From Mobula birostris (Eukaryota), in NCBI RefSeq assembly GCF_030028105.1, contig NC_092375.1, positions 91,733,450 to 91,797,449 on the forward strand: DNA of 64,000 nt, in the 5' to 3' direction. The translations under genes and the position numbers were made by a program. Under the pieces are notes generated by a model. That model searched no databases. It was not told the origin of the DNA and saw only the letters and a program-made list of their open reading frames with translations. Shown here in pieces: positions 53,230 through 61,355 of the stretch. The first letter of the stretch is position 1. The number at the start of each line of letters is the position of its first letter.

Positions 53230-53638
53230 GTACCTCTTCCTATAGATGCTGCCTGGCCTGCTGCGTTCCACCAGCATTTTTTGTGTATGTTGCTTAAGGA
53301 CAGAACTGGAACATTCTACATCGAGGAGATTGCATCTGATGGCATCTGGAGGTGACACTTGATTAGTTGAGGAAAGCAGAGTCAATTGTTAGAGAAGGAA
53401 GTTGTCCAGAATTGTCAGAACCACTTCCTGCAGTCCCAGAATCAACTACAGTCACCGTGGAGGAGGGCTCAGAACATAAGAGTGTTTCACAGCCACAAGT
53501 TTCTCCTGCCAAACAGTGTGACCCCGATCCTAATGGGGTAGGAAATCCTCCACAGAAACCCAATCTTTAGGCCTAAATGGATCAATTCAAAATTTACTGT
53601 GTTGTAGATGGCTAAGTTTATAGCTAAGCAGGAAGGAA

Positions 53639-53872
53639 TGTTGTTTATTTAATATTTCAGTAATATTTGAATAATATTGTAAATATATGATTTGATTAAG
53701 CATTCTTTGTTGTTTACATAATTAATCACAGCTTATATTTAAAAATACATGAATGGCATACGTCATCACACCACGACGTTCGGGACCCACTGAAGTAAAA
53801 ACAAACTAGTCACGTTCATTGAGGCTCCTGTATTTTCCTTTCAATTAGTTTCTACAGTTACAAAGTTTAACA
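53639..53872 (+). repeat. Gypsy 3' LTR
   Basis: Starts TGTTG immediately after the PPT and ends TAACA. Confidence 0.75.
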
Positions 53873-54116
53873 AGAAGGACTTGAAAGGACAATCTATGAG
53901 GTGAGATTGTACCTCTGAATTATAGCTGGCACTATAGCTTACCAAAGCAACATATTGAACAGCAGACTACATGGATGAGCTTGTTCATCTGATGCTAATA
54001 AAGCTCAACTGAGTATTTTTACAAACCGTAGAACTTTGGCGTTGTGCAATACTAAAATATGTTAGCACTCAATCTTGAAGGATCAGGAATATCTTTCCAG
54101 CTCCAGATAGCATGCA

Positions 54117-54720
54117 ATTTGATGTTGCGGCATTTGCTAAGCTTGGCAATTAGCTTGCCAATTCTTCACCACCAGTTCAGGTGACACCTTCCGTGCATTT
54201 TTGTTGGTGTTTCACTCTGGGAGTGCTGCCCCCCCCGCCCCACTCCTTTGCTTGCATTGGTCCTAATTGGCTACCTGTTCAGTTGACCTTCAAATTCTAT
54301 TGGCTTACATTTCTTTGGCGCTTAGGCGTTCATAGATGGCATCTATTTTGATATGTTTGTTTACAAAATTATCAGAAGAGAACCATGCTTCTAAAAATTC
54401 TTCTGCTTGCTTCATGTTTGATGTGCCAGAACTTCTGTCGTGTCCCACTTCAGGTGGTGGTCTTGGTCTTCATGTACCGAGAACAGCGACAGTAGATCAT
54501 GCCTCTGCACTGCCAGTTTGTGATCCTGATCAGGTCTGAGGCAAGCGAATGGGGGGGTGGTGTGCTATATAAATACGAACACTCCCAGAGAGAAACACCA
54601 ACAACTGCGCTCTGAAGATGTCACCTCGACCGGTGATGAAGTGCCTCTGAGCTAATTGCCAAGCTCGGTGAACACCGCAACATCAAACGCTTCAACCCAA
54701 GCTACCAATATTCACCACCA
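54117..54720. mobile_element. Second-family Penelope-like remnant with inverted pseudo-LTRs
   Basis: 54117-54240 is an imperfect reverse complement of 54550-54690. Hammerhead-like gctc-CUGAAGA-(UCACC/GGUGA)-GAAG..UC-(u)gagc at ~54607-54652. Confidence 0.65.
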
Positions 54721-55666
54721 TCCTAAGCAAGCAACTTGTATGTGAGGTGCCTGGTGCCTTTGCCTTTCTGGTGGTAAGAGTTACAGGTTTAAAAATTGCT
54801 GACTATCTGGAGTACATTTGGTCAATGGTACATTTATTCGTCTCTGTAGGTTGGTAGTGGAGGGAATGAATATTTAGGCTGGATGATGGAGTGCTGATCA
54901 AGCAGTTGCTTAGCCCTGGAATGTATTGGGATACTTCAGAATTGTTTGTGCTGCATTCATCCTGACAACTAGGTTATGTTCCTGACTTCTACTTTGTAGA
55001 TTGTGGGAGGGTGTTGGAGAAGTGCCCACTCTATGAGTTCTTGTAGTTATAGTGTTTTATTTGGCTGGTCTATTTCAGTTTCCGGTCAATCGTGACCCCC
55101 CAGAATAATATTGGTAAATATCTCAGTGATGGTAATGCCATTTAATGTCATGGTTAGAATTTCCATTTGGACATGATCATAGCTTGAAACTTCTGTGACA
55201 CAAGTGCTACACTGCTTTTTGACCACCAGTTTAACTGGCAGCGCATTCCACTGAGCAGTGCAAGAAGTCAATATTAGAGAAACATTGAGACTTAGATTAG
55301 ATGTGAGGCTGTTGGCCATTTGCTGATCAGGCTGAGATCAGCCAACACTATCAAACTATTGAATACAGAGATTTTTTTTGTCTACACTGGGTCTTTGATA
55401 CTTGAATAAACAAATGGAACCATTGTGGAAATTCTAGTAATCACTTATACTTAGTTACGGTATTTATTTCTGGGTCTGTTTATTCCATGGTCTTGGGTTT
55501 TAATGGAGTTTAGCAGTATGCACAGCACTGTCATCTGGTGAAGGGGGGTGAAATTATATTGCCTGAAGACTAGAAATTCTATAATGTTGCACCATATGTG
55601 CTAATTTTGTTAAGTTTGCTAGCAATGAGAGAAGATAGAATGCAAAAACTTCCTCTTTAACCCTAT

Positions 55667-57745
55667 AGAAACATAGAAATTAGGTGCAGGAGCAGGCCAT
55701 TCGGCCCTTCGAGCCTGCACCACCATTTATTATGATCATGGCTGATCATCCAACTCAGAACCCTGCACCAGCCTTCCCTCCATACCCCCTGATCCCCGTA
55801 GCCACAAGGGCCATATCTAACTCCCTCTTAAATATAGCCAATGAACCGGCCTCAACTGTTTCCTGTGGCAGAGAATTCCACAAATTCACCACTCTCTGTG
55901 TGAAGAAGTTTTTTCTAATCTCAGTCCTAAAAGGCTTCCCCTTTATCCTCAAACTGTGACCCCTTGTTCTGGACTTCCCCAACATCGAGAACAATCTTCC
56001 TGCATCTAGCCTGTCCAATCCCTTTAGGATTTTATACGTTTCAATCAGATCCCCCCTCAATCTTCTAAATTCCAACGAGTACAAGCCCAGTTCATCCAGT
56101 CTTTCTTCATATGAAAGTCCTGCCATCCCAGGAATCAATCTGGTGAACCTTCTTTGTACTCCCTCTATGGCAAGGATGTCTTTCCTCAGATTAGTGGACC
56201 AAAACTGCACACAATACTCCAGGTGTGGTCTCACCAAGGCCTTGTACAACTGCAGTAGTACCTCCCTGCTCCTGTACTCGAATCCTGTCGCTATAAATGC
56301 CAGCATACCATTCGCCTTTTTCACCGCCTGCTGCACCTGCATGCCCACTTTCAATGACTGGTGTATAATGACACCCAGGTCTCATTGCACCTCCCCTTTT
56401 CCTAATCGGCCACCATTCAGATAATAATCTGTTTTCCTATTTTTGCCACCAAAGTGGATAACTTCACATTTATTCACATTAAATTGCATCTGCCATCAAT
56501 TTGCCCACTCACCCAACCTATCCAATTCACCCTGCATCCTCTTAGCATCCTCCTCACAGCTAACACTGCCGCCCAGCTTCGTGTCATCCGCAAACTTGGA
56601 GATGCTGCATTTAATTCCCTCATCCAAGTCATTAATATATGTTGTAAACAACTGGGGTCCCAGCACTGAGCCTTGCGGTACCCCACTAGTCACCGCCTGC
56701 CATTCTGAAAAGGTCCCGTTTATTCCCACTCTTTGCTTCCTGTCTGCTAACCAATTCTCTATCCACATCAATACCTTACCCCCAATACCGTGTGCTTTAA
56801 GTTTGCACACTAATCTCCTGTGTGGGACCTTGTCAAAAGCCTTTTGAAAATCCAAATATACCACATCCACTGGTTCTCCCCATCCACTCTACTAGTTACA
56901 TCCTCAAAAAATTCTATGAGATTCGTCAGACATGATTTTCCTTTCACAAATCCATGCTGACTTTGTCCGATGATTTCACCACTTTCCAAATGTGCTGTTA
57001 TCACATCTTTGATAACTGACTCCAGCAGTTTCCTCACCACCGACGTTAGGCTAACCGGTCTATAATTCCCCGGTTTCTCTCTCCCTCCTTTTTTAAAAAG
57101 TGGGGTTACATTAGCCACCGTCCAATCCTCAGGAACTAGTCCAGAATCTAACGAGTTTTGAAAAATTATCACTAATGCATCCACTATTTCTTGGGCTACT
57201 TCCTTAAGCACTCTGGGATGCAGACCATCTGGCCCTGGGGATTTATCTGCCTTTAATCCCTTCAATTTACCTAACACCACTTCCCTACTAACATGTATTT
57301 CCCTCAGTTCCTCCATCTCACTGGACCCTCTGTCCCCTACTATTTCTGAAAGATTATTTATGTCCTCCTTAGTGAAGACAGAACCAAAGTAATTATTCAA
57401 TTGGTCAGCCATGTCCTTGCTCCCCATAATCAATTCACCTGTTTCTGTCTGTAGGGGACCTACATTTGTCTTTACCAGTCTTTTCCTTTTTACATATCTA
57501 TAAAAGCTTTTACAGTCAGTTTTTATGTTCCCTGCCAGTTTTCTCTCATATTCTTTTTCCCCCTTCCTAATTAAGCCCTTTGTCCTCCTCTGCTGAACTC
57601 TGAATTTCTCCCAGTCCTCAGGTGAGCCACTTTTTCTGGCTAATTTGTATGCTTCTTCTTTGGAATTGATACTATCCCTAATTTCTCTTGTCAGCCACGG
57701 GTGCACGACCTTCCTTGATTTATTCTTTTGCCAAACTGGGATGAA
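55667..57745 (-). mobile_element. Young CR1 LINE, 5'-truncated, frameshifted
   Basis: ORFs 56810-57706, 56496-56870 and 55755-56354 give PGPDG, NYRPVSLTS, QHGF, LDFQKAFD, GVPQGSVLGP and KFADD; (TTTCTATG)-type tail. Confidence 0.97.
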
Positions 57746-57799
57746 TGGGAATAGATATGGATACCAGCATTTGTTTTTGCTCCCTACAATTATCCTGTG

Positions 57800-59925
57800 A
57801 GTTGTTTATAAAATTATGAGAGGCAGAGAGTCAGAATCTTTTCCCTAGGTTTGAAATATCTAATATGAGAGGTCATGGGCTTAGGGTGGGGAGGAGGTGG
57901 TGTAGTTTAAAGGAGACATGCAAGGCAAGTTTTTTGCACAGAGTGCTAGGTGCTTAGAATGGGCTGCTTGGGGTAATGTTGGAAAGAAATATGATAAGGG
58001 CATTGAAGTTAGATAGGCATATGAATAAGCAGGGAATATAGGCATTTGGATCACATGGAGGCAGAAATTTTTTCGTTTAACATAATAATGTACACAGCAT
58101 AGACGTCACGGGCCAAAGGGCCTGTTCCTACAGTGTACTGATCCATGTACCCTTGTACCTATCAAATCCTCTGTCTCTGGCATTGTCCCAATCATGGATG
58201 ATCATTTGGCCACCCCTTTGCCTCAGCTACTCATATGGTGACATCCTCATCATTCTCAGTGTTCTAAAATGTAGCCCATTGTAAGGTTTTGATGTACTAA
58301 TGCATAGCATTCCTCCAAATGTCACTGATGGTTACATAGTATCTATCCAGTTTCGAAATATTAATTCTGTTCCACATTTCATATATGCGACCTAGCATAC
58401 TGAGAATCTTCAGCATTTTTCTTTTTTTTAATTGTGAATACAGTATGTAGCTGCTGTTGGCAGTTTCTAAGGCTCTTGTATAGTGTATGTTTTGCTTACA
58501 ATGTTGTTTATTTTCCTTTCATTTGGAAATTTTTGCTCAAGTTTCATTCATTGCTTGCTCACTCTTTAAAAACCGACAAAAAGCCAAGAGGAGGACTCAA
58601 GAAGGCCTTTTACATTTGGGAGGCTATAACTCGTGAGATGTCGCACCAGTGTCAGTGGACTGGATGAGTGGAATAAGTTTCCTAATGTTATAAAACTGTA
58701 ACTGGCATTGCAGCTGTGGAGAAGTTGCAGGGAATGTCAGGGCAATTCGGAAAAGAGAAATTGGGCTCTCGAGAGTCCTGGGTATCCTCATTCATTCATA
58801 TCAGGAGAGGTTGGTCAGACTTGGATCATTTTCTCTGGAGTGTCGAAGGTCGAGGGGAGACCTGTTAGAAGTTATGAGGAAATTGTGAAGGGCGTAGAGG
58901 TTTAAAGCGATGGGAAAAATTGAAGAGAGATTTGGGGAGCACGATTTTATACAATGTTGTGACAGGTGCCCATGGAATACACTGCCAGGGTGCTGGTGGA
59001 AGCAGGAATGATATTTGCATTTAAGAGGTATCTAAACAGACACGAACATGAATATAAATTAGGGGTATTGATCATGCTTAGGCAAGTGAAATTAGTTTAA
59101 TTTGGCTTCATGTTTAGCACAGGCATCGTGGGTTGAAGTGCCCAACGTTTTGATATACAAGATTGATTCCTGGGGTAAACAACAGGAATTCTGCAGATGC
59201 TGGAAATTCAAGCAACACACATAAAAATTGCTGGTGAATGCAGCAGACCAGGCAGCACCTCTTCCTAGAGATGCTGCCTGGCCTGCTGCGTTCACCAGCA
59301 ATTTTTATGTGTGTTGCTTGATTCCTGGGGTAGCAGGTTTGTTAAATTAGGAGAGATTAAGCTGCCTTCAACTGTACACAATAGTATTTGAAAGCATGAG
59401 GTTGGAGATGCATTTATATGGACATGAGATATTAACTTTGTTTTTCCATACATGCTGCCTGATCTACAGAGTATTTTTCCTTTTTATTGTAGATATAGAG
59501 CTGCTGTTGGCAGTTTGTGAGATTCATATGTGGTTATGTTTTGGTTACAATCACTTAGTTTTATTTCCAATTAATTGCTCATTTAAATAGACAAAATTCT
59601 TATGAGGTTTGGCAGAGTGGATCTAGATTTGATATATTTCCCGTTGGAATGTCTTGAACTGGGGTCAGTCACAAATTAAAGGGTCAGAATTGAAAGCTGA
59701 GTTGAGAAGAAATTGCTTTGGAATTCACTACTCAAGAGTGCTGTGAAGTTTATTCACTAAGTATATTCAAATCAGAGATATATACATTTGTAGTTATATT
59801 AAGAGAATCAAGAATCTAGGGTTTCACTGTAGGAAAATGGAGCAGAGGTAAATGATCAGCGATGAACTTATTTGAATATCAGAACAGGCATGAAGGGCTG
59901 AATGGCTTGCTCCTCTATTTATGTT
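57800..59925 (+). mobile_element. Cluster of old CR1 3' fragments
   Basis: Several degenerate CR1 3' ends terminating at ~58145, ~59145 and ~59925. Confidence 0.6.
59178..59317. mobile_element. 140-bp palindromic Penelope terminal insertion
   Basis: Perfect 15-bp TSD ttgattcctggggta (59163-59177, 59318-59332). Both arms are Penelope terminal sequence in opposite orientation. Confidence 0.92.
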
Positions 59926-59956
59926 TATACTTTCTCATCTTTTTTTCTCTGGAAAG

Positions 59957-60124
59957 TGTGCTGTTCGTGCTGCAACTGAAGGAAGAATCTTAGTGCTGGA
60001 AGGATTGGAGAAAGCTGAACGCAATGTTCTACCCGTATTGAACAATCTTTTGGAAAACAGAGAGATGCAGCTGGAAGATGGGAGGTTTCTTATGTCTGCA
60101 GAACGCTATGACAAACTACTGAAG
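59957..60124 (+). CDS. VWA8: VWA8 internal coding exon (probably equivalent to human exon 5), 168 bp, phase 0-0
   Basis: CAVRAATEGRILVLEGLEKAERNVLPVLNNLLENREMQLEDGRFLMSAERYDKLLK, within ORF 59921..60304; MoxR/dynein-related AAA Walker-B region typical of VWA8. Acceptor ttttttctctggaaag|TGT, donor AAG|gtaatt. Confidence 0.95.
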
Positions 60125-60944
60125 GTAATTGGAAAGAGTATTAATCTCAAAGAATGGAGAAATAGCATGTCCTCAGCTTTTCCTACCTTTGAAGTTGTTG
60201 GGCTCTCAAATAACATTAAGCTGATCAGTGGCCTGTTATTCGCCATGCCATTGAATCTAATCTACCGTATCGAAGTGCTGCAGGTCTCATCCTTCACCCC
60301 CTAGGCTCTCTTGACTAAAGTTCAGTTCTTGTTCTGTTACATTTACTATCCCATTACTTCCCCTTTGTGTTTTTGCATGATATCTGCCATCCACCTTGAC
60401 CCTCCTCAGGGTACAAGGATGTGGTAGTAGCAGTTAAGAAGGTTTGAGGTTTATATTCTGTCTTGTACTTGTCTCCTCTTTCTGTTAGATCATGACTATT
60501 AAATATTATAACTCCTTTTACCTATACAAGTTCCATAGCCTTCATGCATATGCCTGTTGAACCTAAAATATTCAGCCCTGAGATTCCCAGTTAACCTATC
60601 CACCTCTCCTATACCCCATCTGAGAGTTCCAGATCTGTATTGTGTGTGACAAAGTGGTTCCAGTTTTTGCACAGTGTTCCAGCCCACTATGGAAGAGCTG
60701 CTTGTTCCATACTTGTATACCACTGAATTACTGTATTGCCTTTTTTGGCTAGTGTGAACATTGGTGAGATGTAACTGAATCGTGTGGACCATAGCTCTAC
60801 CATATGCAGTAACAAATGCTGCTTTTAATTTTGAAATTACCCATTTAGCTCAATGTACTGATAGGAGGAAGGTAGATTTTTTTTACTGCAATATCAAATA
60901 TCAACTGAAATAGGCCAGTGGTTTTAGAATATTCTGTTTGTACT

Positions 60945-61280
60945 CATAATAGTATCTAACAGGTCAGCCTCCAATATGTAAGGAAAATTACTTAAATATT
61001 TTTGTAAAAATATCTAACTTGAAGGTATTGCAGAAAGTGTGAGTATGAAAGAGAATATTTATCAATTAATTGTTCAAAAGACATCAATCTATCTTCTTTA
61101 AAAAATCCAAAAAAGAATTAATACCTTTATTTTTCCAAAGTAAAAAAATTGGATCAGTCAAAGAAGGATTAAAAAAGTAATTTCGGTAAATTAAACTACA
61201 AAGTTTAAATTTAAGATTAAAAAAATTGCAGAACTGGAGCCAACTTTGTAAAGAATACTTAATCACAGGATATAGGTTTT
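60945..61280 (-). mobile_element. L1/Tx1-clade ORF2 C-terminal fragment
   Basis: PVIKYSLQSWLQF...F.PSLTDPIF..WKNKGI and SFEQLIDKYSL..SHFLQYLQVR resemble fish L1 ORF2. Confidence 0.7.
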
Positions 61281-61355
61281 TTTAGTATTTTTTTTAGTAT
61301 ATTTTCTTTTCTTGCTGGTGGTTTGATGTTTATTTTTAGAAGCTTTTTGTACGAC

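Larger units (their letters stand above)
50843..53293. mobile_element. Penelope-like (probably Neptune-type) insertion with inverted arms: minus-strand RT/GIY-YIG arm 50843-52585 and plus-strand 3' copy ~52600-53293
   Basis: RT motifs KGVAMGTPMGP and RYIDD; CKRNKCYTC linker; VIYC..C..CGLLYI GIY-YIG. Perfect 14-bp TSD ttaaggacagaact at 50829-50842 and 53294-53307. Confidence 0.93.
47250..53872 (+). mobile_element. Gypsy LTR retrotransposon (gag-pol remnant, PPT, 3' LTR); 5' LTR not found; rearranged and interrupted
   Basis: KPLLIAERFRF gag, CRKCNKVGHIRRAC zinc knuckle, YLDDIIV RT, RNase H (MQRWAL..H.NAA.LS), integrase (PWQRIHVDFA, SDNGPQF, YHPATNGLAE), PPT agcaggaaggaa. Confidence 0.92.
17005..59956 (+). 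other. VWA8: VWA8 intron, 42,952 nt, GT-AG, mostly TE-derived
   Basis: GTGAGT donor at 17005 and AG at 59955-59956. The flanking exon peptides are contiguous in VWA8 (...FYVDQ|CAVRAA...). Confidence 0.88.

Noticed and set aside
59921-60304. 127-aa ORF as a standalone gene
   Set aside because: Only 59957-60124 is VWA8-like and is bounded by splice sites; the rest is intronic read-through.
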